Assembly (NCBI GenBank): GCA_964561825.1
Contig: CAZLSB010000003.1
Coordinates: 1 to 51,779 of the forward strand
Direction of reading: 5' to 3'
Source of the DNA: an uncultured Xanthomonas sp.
GTDB taxonomy: Bacteria > Pseudomonadota > Gammaproteobacteria > Xanthomonadales > SZUA-5
DNA: 51,779 nt
Numbering within the stretch: the stretch's first letter is position 1; the number at the start of each line of letters is the position of its first letter. Below the pieces are notes generated by a model that searched no databases, was not told where the DNA came from, and worked only from the letters and a program-made list of their open reading frames with translations. Shown here in pieces: positions 38,710 to 47,926 of the stretch. Made by a program: the position numbers and the translations under genes.

Positions 38710-39630
38710 ATGAGCCAAAACCTTCCCGATTTCATCTGGTTCAATGGCAAATTGGTGCCGTGGGCCGAAGCGAACGTGCATGTGATGTCGCACGCGCTGC
38801 ACTATGGGTCTTCGGTTTTTGAGGGCATTCGGGCCTATCAAACGCCCAAGGGTCCGGCGATTTTTCGCTACACCGACCATATGAAGCGGCTCTATGCGTC
38901 GGCCAGCATGTATGACCTGGAGATCGAATACGATTTGGCTACCCTGTTGGCGGCCGGTCGTGAAGTCATCACGGCAAACGGTTTAACCAACGCTTATTTG
39001 CGTCCGCTGGCGTGGCGCGGTTCCGGCGGTTTTGGTCTGGGCGCGGATAATCCGACCGGTTGCATGATCGCCGCGTGGGTGTGGGGCCCCTATTTGGGTG
39101 CACAAGCCATTGTCGATGGCATTGACGCTTGTATTTCCACTTGGCGCCGCGTTGCGCCGGCAACCCTGCCCGCGACAGCCAAGGCGGGCGGCAATTATTT
39201 GTCCAGCATCTTGGTATCGCGCGAAGCCAAACGGCTGGGATTCCACGAGGGCATCGCGCTGACGCACGATGGTTATCTGGCGGAAGGCGCGGGCGAGAAC
39301 ATTTTTTTGGTGTTTGGCAAGACCATCTACACCCCACCCATCGCGGCATCGATCCTGCATGGCATCACCCGCGGCACGGCGATCACCTTGGCACAAGAAC
39401 TTGGTTATGAAATCAAACAAGAAAACTTGCCGCGCGAGATGATTTATCTAGCCGATGAGGTGTTCATGACCGGCACCGCTGCCGAAATCACGCCGATCCG
39501 CAGCGTTGACCGCAAAGTGATTGGCGCCGGTGTACCCGGGCCGACCACCCGTGAGGTTCAACAACGCTTCTTTGGCTTATTCGATGGCAGCGTCGAAGAC
39601 CCGCACGGCTGGCTGGAATACGTCGCCTAG
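38710..39630 (+). CDS. ilvE: Branched-chain amino acid aminotransferase
   Basis: The start is at MSQNLPDFIWFNGKLVPW (ATG 38710). Fold-type IV PLP motifs are HALHYGSSVFEGIRAY and GGNYLSS. The track extension to 38641 is unlikely. Confidence 0.9.
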   Translation: MSQNLPDFIWFNGKLVPWAEANVHVMSHALHYGSSVFEGIRAYQTPKGPAIFRYTDHMKRLYASASMYDLEIEYDLATLLAAGREVITANGLTNAYLRPLAWRGSGGFGLGADNPTGCMIAAWVWGPYLGAQAIVDGIDACISTWRRVAPATLPATAKAGGNYLSSILVSREAKRLGFHEGIALTHDGYLAEGAGENIFLVFGKTIYTPPIAASILHGITRGTAITLAQELGYEIKQENLPREMIYLADEVFMTGTAAEITPIRSVDRKVIGAGVPGPTTREVQQRFFGLFDGSVEDPHGWLEYVA

Positions 39631-41333
39631 CGGCGCTTGCGTGACCACACTTTGCGACCATCGAGCCAAGTCGAGTTGACCTCGATGGTTAATAAGCCGC
39701 GGCCACGCAAGCGCTGCGGGTCGATCGACAATTCCACAAAATCGGCGCGTTTGCCCACTTCCAGGGTGCCGATGGTGCCTTCCGCAAAGCCGGCGTAAGC
39801 GGCGCCTCGGGTAAAACCGTCCAGCGTTTCATTCAAGGTGAGTCGCTGATCGGGCAACCAACCCCCTTTCGGCGCGCCTTTGGCGTCTTGTCGAGTCACT
39901 GCGGCATAAATGCCCAAAACCGGCTGCACGCGTTCCACTGGAAAATCCGAGCCCAGCGCAATGCGTACGCCCTGGTCCATAAAACGGCGCCACGCATACG
40001 CGCCACGCAGGCGCTGCGCGCCAATACGCGCCTGCGCCCACGGCATATCGCTGGTCGCGTGAGTCGGTTGCATCGATGCGATGACACCGAGTTGGGCAAA
40101 ACGGGCGATGTCTGCGGGCGCGACCACCTGCGCATGTTCGATACGTGGCCGCAGGCGCGCGCGCTGCTCGGCGCTCAGCGCGGCAAAGGCATCCAGCACG
40201 GCGCGATTGGCACGATCGCCAATCGCATGCACCGCTGGCTGTATGCCGCAAGCCGCAGCGCGGGCGATGATTTTATTCAGTTGCGCCGGCGTTTGGATCA
40301 ACAATCCGCGATTGCCCGCGTCATCGTCGTAGTCGGCCAAGAGCGCCGCGCCGCGACTGCCGAGGGCCCCGTCGGCATACAGTTTGACCGCGCGCACGCT
40401 CAAACGACCACCCGGATGTTGGTACGGGCCGTCGCGGCAGAGCTGCGCCAGCGCCGCCGCATCGCCATCGGCCATTGCGTAAATGCGCAGCGGCAAGGCG
40501 TCGTCATCGGCCAAATCGCGATACAGCGCTAGATTTTCGCTCGACACGCCGGCATCGTGCACGCCCGTCAAGCCCGCGGCGACCGCGCTATCCAGCGCCA
40601 GCCGTAGCGCGCGGCGACGCACGGCGCGGTCCGCCTTAGGAACGCGCGTTTCTACCAAACCCATCGCTGCGTCGATCAGCACACCGCTGGGTTTGCCATC
40701 GGCGCCGCGCAAAATTCGACCGCCCTCAGGGTCTTTGCTGTGCTCATCGATTCCGGCCGCGCGCAGCGCCGCTGAATTGGCCCAGCCGGCGTGACCATCG
40801 ATGCGCTCCAGCCACACCGGGCGATCGGCAATCACCCGATCCAAATCCGCGGCGGTCGGAAACGCCTGCTCTGGCCAGTCGTTCTGATCCCAGCCACGAC
40901 CGAGCAGCCAATCGCCGGGTGCCAGATCTTTGGCTTTGGTCAACAAACGCTCGTAGATCTGCGCACGATCACGGGTGTCGACCAAATCAGCCTGCAACAG
41001 GGAAAACCCTAAACCCAGCAGATGTCCGTGCGCATCAATCAATCCGGGGATGACCGTGCCGGCCAGCACGATCTCCTGCACGCCGCGCTTGCGACTCTCC
41101 AGCAGCTTGCGTAAATCGGCACTTCTACCCTGCGCGAGCACCCGGCCTTCGGCGTCAAAAGCGAGTGCACTCACCGGCTCAGCACTCAACGCGGTGGGAT
41201 AAATACGCCCAATCAGCAGCGTATCCGGCTTGGCTTGTGCAAATGACAGTGTGCTGACCAACAAGCTGGCGCAAAGCAAGCCGCGCACCAAGTGCATGAA
41301 CATCTGACCAGCCGTTAGCGATCGCATGAGCAT
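39627..41333 (-). CDS. Secreted metal-dependent amidohydrolase (Amidohydro_3-like)
   Basis: It has a signal-like N-terminus (LLCASLLVSTLSFAQA), the metal-binding motif GLIDAHGHL, and the downstream motifs HAIGDRA and GSDFPVE. The start is ambiguous, with Met codons at 41333, 41327, 41303 and 41297. The ORF limit is 41426. Confidence 0.8.
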   Translation of the reverse strand: MLMRSLTAGQMFMHLVRGLLCASLLVSTLSFAQAKPDTLLIGRIYPTALSAEPVSALAFDAEGRVLAQGRSADLRKLLESRKRGVQEIVLAGTVIPGLIDAHGHLLGLGFSLLQADLVDTRDRAQIYERLLTKAKDLAPGDWLLGRGWDQNDWPEQAFPTAADLDRVIADRPVWLERIDGHAGWANSAALRAAGIDEHSKDPEGGRILRGADGKPSGVLIDAAMGLVETRVPKADRAVRRRALRLALDSAVAAGLTGVHDAGVSSENLALYRDLADDDALPLRIYAMADGDAAALAQLCRDGPYQHPGGRLSVRAVKLYADGALGSRGAALLADYDDDAGNRGLLIQTPAQLNKIIARAAACGIQPAVHAIGDRANRAVLDAFAALSAEQRARLRPRIEHAQVVAPADIARFAQLGVIASMQPTHATSDMPWAQARIGAQRLRGAYAWRRFMDQGVRIALGSDFPVERVQPVLGIYAAVTRQDAKGAPKGGWLPDQRLTLNETLDGFTRGAAYAGFAEGTIGTLEVGKRADFVELSIDPQRLRGRGLLTIEVNSTWLDGRKVWSRKRR

Positions 41334-41517
41334 GAGAAACCCTGACCCGTGTTCAGCCTGCGCAAGGTTATACAGCGCGGGTGGCCCGAAGACTTCCCAA
41401 CCTTCAAGGTTTCGTATTGAGTTCAACTCCGGCGGAACGATTCACTCGCTGGACACCTCTGCAGTCAGTCCAGGCCCACCCATTTTCCGACCTGAATCAG
41501 TGACCCAAGTCCTAGGC

Positions 41518-41549
41518 AGCCACGCCTCTCGCCTCGTGGCTTATTTTTG
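41518..41549 (+). terminator. Terminator-like hairpin with no upstream plus-strand gene
   Basis: The 7-bp stem is AGCCACG (41518-41524) / CGTGGCT (41535-41541) with a 10-nt loop, followed by TATTTTTGG. A second hairpin, CTGGAC/GTCCAG, lies at 41449-41473. No plus-strand ORF lies upstream. Confidence 0.3.
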
Positions 41550-42346
41550 GTCGATTGTTCGCCTCGCAGGTGTTGTGATCCGATCTCGTAGGCGTCTACT
41601 TGGTGGTCTTGTTGTGTTCTCCGGGGAAGTGCGCAAGTTTTTGGTTAAGAAATGTTTGGTGACCACGCTGATTGTGCCACCGTCCACGCCGCGGCGGCGG
41701 GGCTGAGCGGCCCGCGCAGAGCTTGGGCGTGCCCTTGCTTCAAAGTCTCATTGAACAGCGGACCGGGTGAAGGCCGCAAAGCCCTCCCCCATTTCAGAAG
41801 TCCCAATATCTGGCTCTCGTGTGGTCCGGATCTCGAGTCGTTCAACCTCGTCGATTCCCTGATCTCGCACGCAAACCTCCGACGGGGGACAAGCGCGTTC
41901 AGCCTCCGCTTCGGCATGGGTTGTTGGGGGTTGATGACGGGCGCCCTTCGAGCTTCATGAGAGCTTTAGCCTGCTCTTGACGCGCCGCCGCAGCGCGGAC
42001 AACATACAATCACTCGCCGATACGAAGGGTTCGGCACACGCGGTTGGTTGTTCCGTGTAAGGCGACACCGCCTGCGTGCCAGCCTTCAGAGCAACCTGTT
42101 GCCGATGCTTCTGCAAGGAGCTTCCCCATATTGCTCGGCCTGATAGTGATTCCCGATAGGCCGCTGATGATCGTACAGCGGGTAAGGGTGACCGCCCAAG
42201 TGCGGACGCGAGCGAGCGCCGGCATGCTGCGGGTGTGCTCGGACCTGAGCCGAGGAATCCACGTGCGGAAAGGGATGGGTGACGTGGAGATCGAACTCTC
42301 TCGGTGCACTGCGCCGACGCGAGAACCGTCCTGGCTTTCAGCGTGC

Positions 42347-44434
42347 ATGTTGCATGTCTTAGCCATCTTGGCGACCTTGGTGCTTGCTTTGTCGCAACCC
42401 GCTCAGGCTCGAGCGCCGGAAGGCAAGGCCGTCGCTGTGGTGTACGACGACTCGGGAAGCATGAACAGCCCTAGTAGGCGCTGGGTAATGGCGAACTATG
42501 CCCTGCAAGCGCTGGTGTCAACGCTCGGCGAGAGCGACACGCTGATCATCGTTTGGATGAACGTTGAAAGCCCCTCCGTTTATAAGGGGGCTTCCGAATT
42601 CGATAACGCGATCAAGGATCTGTCGCGACAGCCGGCACCTAGAAATGGCGGCACCCCATTCTCCTCAGTGCTGAGGGCCATTCAGCAGCTCGAAATCCAT
42701 GGCGCTCCAGAGAAATGGCTGTTGATCGTCACTGATGGTGAGTTTACCGAATCAGGCCAGGGCGACTTCGATCAACGCGCCCTGGAACGTGCTGTCGCCG
42801 CCGAAGTGCGCACGGGCTTCGTGCTGTTGGAGCTCGAAACCAACGACATTGCGACAAAGTGGCAGAACGCGGTCGGGGCGGAGATATTTGTCGCAAGCAA
42901 CCCTGAATCCGTGATCAGTGCGGTCGGCCGAGCTGCCGCTTGGCTGAACAACATTCCGGTGAGTGGCACCGGACTCGACGTGGAGTCCCAAGGCAACATC
43001 GTCCACGTTCGCTCGCAGTTTCCTATGTATCGTGTCCTTGCGCTTCGCCAGGACGCGGCTTCTGTCGAGCTTCGTCGCATCCAGACCGCCTCCACCCGCG
43101 TCGACAAGCTCCGCGAGCATCGATTTACCCCGCGCGAGCGACTTCGCGGCTTACCGGAACGGGGTAGCGTCCTCCACATCGCCAACCCGGATTTTTCGCC
43201 ACTTCTGCCGGATGCTGCCCGACAGGTTGCTGAGCTTGAGTTCGCCGCACCGCTTAACATTCGCAAGACGTCGTTCTTGCCAGTGGTTGCGGCTTCGCTC
43301 TCCCTAGAAGTCTTGGACTTGAGCGGCCAACCGCTTGAGGTCGAGCAAGGAAACCGAGTGAGTTGCGATGACAAGGTGCAAGTCGTGGCCAAGATCGTAG
43401 ACCACCTCGGGCAATCGCTTACGGCGCTGCGTTCTGACATCGCATCCTTTCGGGTGCGATTGCGGACAGGAAAGGGCGAGCCGCTCGACTACTCCGAACC
43501 TGTAGATGCCTTTTCGCGCATAGTGAAGCTCGGCACTCTTGGAGGCGAGACCATTCTCACGGCAACGGCGGAGTACCCAGGGTACTTCCACTTTACCAGC
43601 GCACCCTTACGTATCCGGCAGCAGGAGTGCCAGCGATCGATCACGCTTGAGGTGACCGCCGGCCTGAACTCAAGCGGCAGGTGGCAGCATCCAGTTGACT
43701 CGCTCTCAGAAGCGCGGTTTGTCCAATTGGCAGTCAAAGTGGACGGTCAGCCCGCCAGTCTCACAGAGCTTGAGCGCTGGAAAGTCGAGCTGGGTGAGCA
43801 CGAAAGCGCCATGGAAACTCGGATCGAGCATGGTCAAGTCCTGATTCGCCCGAAGCCCTGCAACTGCCTGTTCTGGTGGCTCCAACCAGAGGCTGGTACA
43901 TACGACATCCCATTCACCTTGCGAACCGGCCGGGCGCGAGACGAAATCGAGACGCGGGTGCTGAGCATGGAACTTCAACCTCTGGAGGGTTGGGGCCGCC
44001 GCCTGCGCTGGTATGGATGCCCATTTGCAGCGTTGGCTGGGCTCGCATTGCTGCTCTGGTATCTGCATCGACTTGCCACAAAGCACCGCTTTGGGCCCGG
44101 CTCCCGGTTCCTCTGCGAGGAGACTCCCAAGGGCGGCGGAACCATTCAACCGCAGACCATAATTCTGAGGGACCAGGGCAGACTCTTTTGGCGTTGGCTT
44201 TGGCCTAGCAAGGCGGAGCGAATGGTCGCATTTGGCATTCTGTTTCGCGCCTCTGCGGGCGGGGAGCTAGTGGCGGACGGCCGCACCTTGGGCAAGCAAC
44301 ACCGCATTCCCGGCTGGCGTTTTGACCCACAGCGTCGAAACGATCAGGTCCAGGACGACGCAACGGTCGGCGACCGAACAAGAGTGACCATTGACCGACC
44401 CGCCACTGACTTCAAAGCGACCTATCGCAACTAG
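42347..44434 (+). CDS. Membrane-anchored von Willebrand factor A (vWA/MIDAS) domain protein, first gene of the cassette
   Basis: The signal-like N-terminus is MLHVLAILATLVLALSQPAQA. An alternative start at 42275 is possible, and the ORF limit is 42044. The MIDAS motif DDSGS lies at 42446-42460, with GGTP and VTDGEF downstream. About 330 aa of unassigned sequence follow, then a TM helix (FAALAGLALLLWYL, about 44010-44060) and a C-terminal tail of about 130 aa. Confidence 0.8.
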   Translation: MLHVLAILATLVLALSQPAQARAPEGKAVAVVYDDSGSMNSPSRRWVMANYALQALVSTLGESDTLIIVWMNVESPSVYKGASEFDNAIKDLSRQPAPRNGGTPFSSVLRAIQQLEIHGAPEKWLLIVTDGEFTESGQGDFDQRALERAVAAEVRTGFVLLELETNDIATKWQNAVGAEIFVASNPESVISAVGRAAAWLNNIPVSGTGLDVESQGNIVHVRSQFPMYRVLALRQDAASVELRRIQTASTRVDKLREHRFTPRERLRGLPERGSVLHIANPDFSPLLPDAARQVAELEFAAPLNIRKTSFLPVVAASLSLEVLDLSGQPLEVEQGNRVSCDDKVQVVAKIVDHLGQSLTALRSDIASFRVRLRTGKGEPLDYSEPVDAFSRIVKLGTLGGETILTATAEYPGYFHFTSAPLRIRQQECQRSITLEVTAGLNSSGRWQHPVDSLSEARFVQLAVKVDGQPASLTELERWKVELGEHESAMETRIEHGQVLIRPKPCNCLFWWLQPEAGTYDIPFTLRTGRARDEIETRVLSMELQPLEGWGRRLRWYGCPFAALAGLALLLWYLHRLATKHRFGPGSRFLCEETPKGGGTIQPQTIILRDQGRLFWRWLWPSKAERMVAFGILFRASAGGELVADGRTLGKQHRIPGWRFDPQRRNDQVQDDATVGDRTRVTIDRPATDFKATYRN

Positions 44435-44470
44435 CTTTTCCGATCAACTTTCGCTCCTCGGAGATTTGAC

Positions 44471-47400
44471 ATGCTCGACAGTCCAACCCTTCTCATTGGC
44501 CTAGGCGGTATCGGCGGCCAGATCGCTTACCGCGTTTGGCAGCGCGTTCCCGAGTCGGCAAGAAAGATCGTTGGACTACATATATTCGACACCGACCGCA
44601 ACCCGGATTCTGGCCTCGGAAGGCCTGAGTACGCTCCGCTGTGGGACAGTGGCGCCATTACCCAGACCTCTCCCGACAAGTCTGTCCAAGAGTGCGTCGA
44701 CGGCTTGAAAGGCAAGTCCGAAGTTCAGCGTTGGTTTCCACTCAGCGACACCATCGGCCAGCTTTCGATGACGGATGGTGCCATGCAGGTCCGTGTTGTC
44801 TCCCGTCTGGCGTGGCTCGACACGTTGGCGCGAGGCGACCTCAGGAACCTGGATGCTGCCATTGAAAAGCTGCATGTCGTTCGCCCACAGCGAGGAAAGT
44901 CCGCGTTCCGTGTCCTGTTGATCAACACGCTTGCCGGCGGCACCGGGTCCGGATTGTTCCTTCAAGTCGCACTTTATATTCGCAACTATCTGGAGGCGAA
45001 GCGCGGGCGCAGCGACGTCACCATTCGAAATCTGAGCCTGCTTCCGGGAATTTTTCTCGGCACCGGAGGATTTTCCGGAAGACCAAAGCAGATCCAAAGC
45101 GTTCAAGCCAACGCCTATGCATCGGTTAAGGAGTTGGAGGCTGTGATGGTGGCCAGGCACAGCACAATGACCCCGGAAGACAAACGCTTCCTTTTTCCGT
45201 TGGAACTCGAGTATGTGCCCTCCCGATCTGAGACTTCCGTGATTGACATCGGCGCTGCGCCTTTCGAGACGATCTTTCTGCTGGACCGAATCAACGCCGC
45301 TGGACAGTCGATGACCGCGGCATCCTCTTACATCGAGCAAGCGATCGATACGATCTACCTGCAGCTCATTTCCCCTCTGGAAGGCCGCATTGCGGGACAA
45401 ACCAACAACCTGGTTCGCGCCATCGATGCATCCGGCGGACGCGGCCGTTACGCCAGTATGGGTGTGGGCACACTGCGTTTTCCTTATGAAGATATCGTCC
45501 GATACTTGGCGCTTCGCTGGGCCGCCCATGGCCTGGACGACCAGTGGCTGTCGATCGACCGGCAGTGGCGGCGCGAAGTAGAGGAAGCTAAGCGCCGACA
45601 GGCCAGCAATCCGTCGGTAGAGATCCCCACCCGCCGCCAGCGGTTCGTCGAGGTGCTCGAACATCGGGCCAAAGCCGATCCGCCTCATCGCTTCTTTTTA
45701 TCCATGCTGCGTTCGACCCAAAAAATCGGTCGCGACGCCTACGATCAGGAAGTTTGCACCGATACCGTCAGCCTTTGGACCTCAGCGGTGCGACTTAGGA
45801 TCGCAACAGCGCTCGACAAGGCGGGAGGGCTGCAACTTACCCGCGCGCTCGATTCGACGGCGCTCAAGAACCCTGAGCTGTTTGTCGGCGAAGTCGCGCA
45901 GAATCACGCCCAGATTCTCCGCCTGCACGCACAAGCCGAGGAGCGTGTCATGCGAAGCGCGCAGCTGATCGCAAACGACATTCTCTGGGAAGACGCTAAC
46001 CAAGAGCCGTTCGTGGTCATGGATACCAAGGGACGCGAACTGGCGGTTTACCGTCTAAACACATGGTTGCTTCACCCCGGGACGGACGGCCATGCGGTTC
46101 ATGGCTTGCATCCGGTCGCCGTTCGCTACTTTCTCTATCGAGCGTATTTTGCCGTCGATGACGCACTATCGAAGACGCAGAGCGATACCGAACAACTGGT
46201 CGAGAATCTTGAAGCCATGCGCAGCAAGTACGACAACCCGAAGACACCGGTTGTCGAGTCCGTTGTGAACCGTGCCGAGGAAGTCAAGTTGAAGCACAGG
46301 TTCTGGAAGCCAGGTGAGCTGAAAGCATTCGCCGAGCAGTATGAAAAAGAGTCGCGTGCGCACATCGCATTGATTCAGTCGTGGGCATTGACGTCGATCG
46401 AGTTCGAAACGCTAAAGCGAGTCCGAAGCGTACTTGAGTCGATGGTTGCCGATTGGGAACGCTTCTTCGATGCCTTGGATGGCCATCTTGCGCAGCGCTT
46501 TCGAAGCGAAATCGAGATCGAGTCGCGAAAGAACGAGTCGGCGAACTCGATGGAGCTGCCGGTGCTGGGAAGGGCCCAGGACAAGGAGCGTTTCTGGTCA
46601 GACGTCAATCGTGGTTTTTCCGATGATGCGGTGAGTCCCGAAATATGCGCTCGACTCTACATTGCACATTTCCTGGACGCCCATGAGCGCCACATCGATC
46701 TGGACAAATACCAGCGACAGCGCCACGGGAAGGCCAACGCCGAAGAACGTCTTTTCAAGGAGCATGTCGTTGCCTGGTGCGAAGAACAATTGCGTCAACG
46801 CTCCGACTTGAGGTTGGACATCATCAGCGCCTTGCAAAAGGAATGGCAGTTGTCCGGCACCGGCGACTGCTCCGAAGACTGGATCCTAGCGCGCATAGCG
46901 GGACTGCGTTCCATGGTCGCCCCGTGGCTTCCAGATGTTGGCGAAGGCCGCTTCGAGCAAATGGAGTTCTGGGGCTTGCCGTCGGTCGTTAAGAGCAATC
47001 TCCCACCCGCGGATTTCGCCTCGCTCTTCGAGGGGGGCGGCGGCAATCCAGTTGTGTCCGAGGAATTCTCTCCGTTCGAGATCAAACGGTTCGTTGCGCG
47101 CTTCGCAATGAGCGTCTCCGACATTCCCGACTTCAAGCTCGATAGCGGCAGCTACGCGCGCGAGTATCGGCAGATGCGAGACCAGACGCTCGCTGACCCC
47201 AGCCGGGGAATTCCGGTACACATCGACAAACGCTGGGATTCACCCGCGTTTTTGCGCGAGATCGACGATGCCGAGCAGGACATCGCGGCCGATCGACTGC
47301 GACGCGCTGTTCTGTACGGCATCCTCCACGACGAGTTCGTGCTTCGAGAACACGACAGCCAAGGATACTGGGCGTTCATGGAGAACCAGCAGTCCCTGCC

Positions 47401-47899
47401 TTTGACGCTGTCTAGCGGTAAACGAGCTCCACCAACGCTGCTGGGGTTGTTCGATGGCCTCGCCATGCATTTCCGATGCGTCGACAATGCTCTGCGCATC
47501 GCATTCGATCGAGAGGATCGGGCGCGCTCGACTGACGACTCAACGTTCTCGAGCTTGCCGCTGCCCAACGCTGGGTTGAAGATGCTGCGCAGGCTAGTGA
47601 AGTTTGGCGACTCGAATCAGGACACACGAAGCCGGCAGCTTTTCGCAGCACTGCTCGACGCGTTCTGCGACGAGATCGCCTGTTGCGCGCTGCGCCAAAC
47701 AGGGCTTGATCATCCGATAACCGCAGTCAACTTGGCGGAGAAAGCAATGAAATCGCTTCGAGAGCGCGCCGCGCGCGCCGTGCCCGCTAAAGAGCGGACC
47801 AAGAGCCTGACTGCGGCCTTGGCGGCGCTCGAGCATCGGCCGAAGCTCTGGCGCAAGCGCGTCGATAACGACCTGCTTCCGGCGCCCAAGTACTGGTAG
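44471..47899 (+). CDS. Giant tubulin/FtsZ-superfamily-like GTPase (Tubulin_2-like N-domain plus a helical extension of about 850 aa)
   Basis: 1142 aa. The glycine-rich T1-like loop is LLIGLGGIGGQ (G10-G16, 44498-44518). AGGTGSG at residues 155-161 (44933-44953) exactly fits the tubulin signature [SAG]-G-G-T-G-[SA]-G. The T1-T4 spacing is like that of tubulin. GGAG lies upstream of the ATG. Confidence 0.8.
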   Translation: MLDSPTLLIGLGGIGGQIAYRVWQRVPESARKIVGLHIFDTDRNPDSGLGRPEYAPLWDSGAITQTSPDKSVQECVDGLKGKSEVQRWFPLSDTIGQLSMTDGAMQVRVVSRLAWLDTLARGDLRNLDAAIEKLHVVRPQRGKSAFRVLLINTLAGGTGSGLFLQVALYIRNYLEAKRGRSDVTIRNLSLLPGIFLGTGGFSGRPKQIQSVQANAYASVKELEAVMVARHSTMTPEDKRFLFPLELEYVPSRSETSVIDIGAAPFETIFLLDRINAAGQSMTAASSYIEQAIDTIYLQLISPLEGRIAGQTNNLVRAIDASGGRGRYASMGVGTLRFPYEDIVRYLALRWAAHGLDDQWLSIDRQWRREVEEAKRRQASNPSVEIPTRRQRFVEVLEHRAKADPPHRFFLSMLRSTQKIGRDAYDQEVCTDTVSLWTSAVRLRIATALDKAGGLQLTRALDSTALKNPELFVGEVAQNHAQILRLHAQAEERVMRSAQLIANDILWEDANQEPFVVMDTKGRELAVYRLNTWLLHPGTDGHAVHGLHPVAVRYFLYRAYFAVDDALSKTQSDTEQLVENLEAMRSKYDNPKTPVVESVVNRAEEVKLKHRFWKPGELKAFAEQYEKESRAHIALIQSWALTSIEFETLKRVRSVLESMVADWERFFDALDGHLAQRFRSEIEIESRKNESANSMELPVLGRAQDKERFWSDVNRGFSDDAVSPEICARLYIAHFLDAHERHIDLDKYQRQRHGKANAEERLFKEHVVAWCEEQLRQRSDLRLDIISALQKEWQLSGTGDCSEDWILARIAGLRSMVAPWLPDVGEGRFEQMEFWGLPSVVKSNLPPADFASLFEGGGGNPVVSEEFSPFEIKRFVARFAMSVSDIPDFKLDSGSYAREYRQMRDQTLADPSRGIPVHIDKRWDSPAFLREIDDAEQDIAADRLRRAVLYGILHDEFVLREHDSQGYWAFMENQQSLPLTLSSGKRAPPTLLGLFDGLAMHFRCVDNALRIAFDREDRARSTDDSTFSSLPLPNAGLKMLRRLVKFGDSNQDTRSRQLFAALLDAFCDEIACCALRQTGLDHPITAVNLAEKAMKSLRERAARAVPAKERTKSLTAALAALEHRPKLWRKRVDNDLLPAPKYW

Positions 47900-47926
47900 G
47901 TCTCAGGTACTCAGGACAGCCCGGCC

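Noticed and set aside
41652-42366. Short ORFs in the non-coding gap (41652-41960 plus, 41645-41917 minus, 42010-42366 minus), considered as an integrase or regulator of the cassette.
   Set aside because: Their translations have no recognisable motifs and odd composition, the ORFs overlap one another, and none has an RBS. I treated the region as non-coding or decayed.
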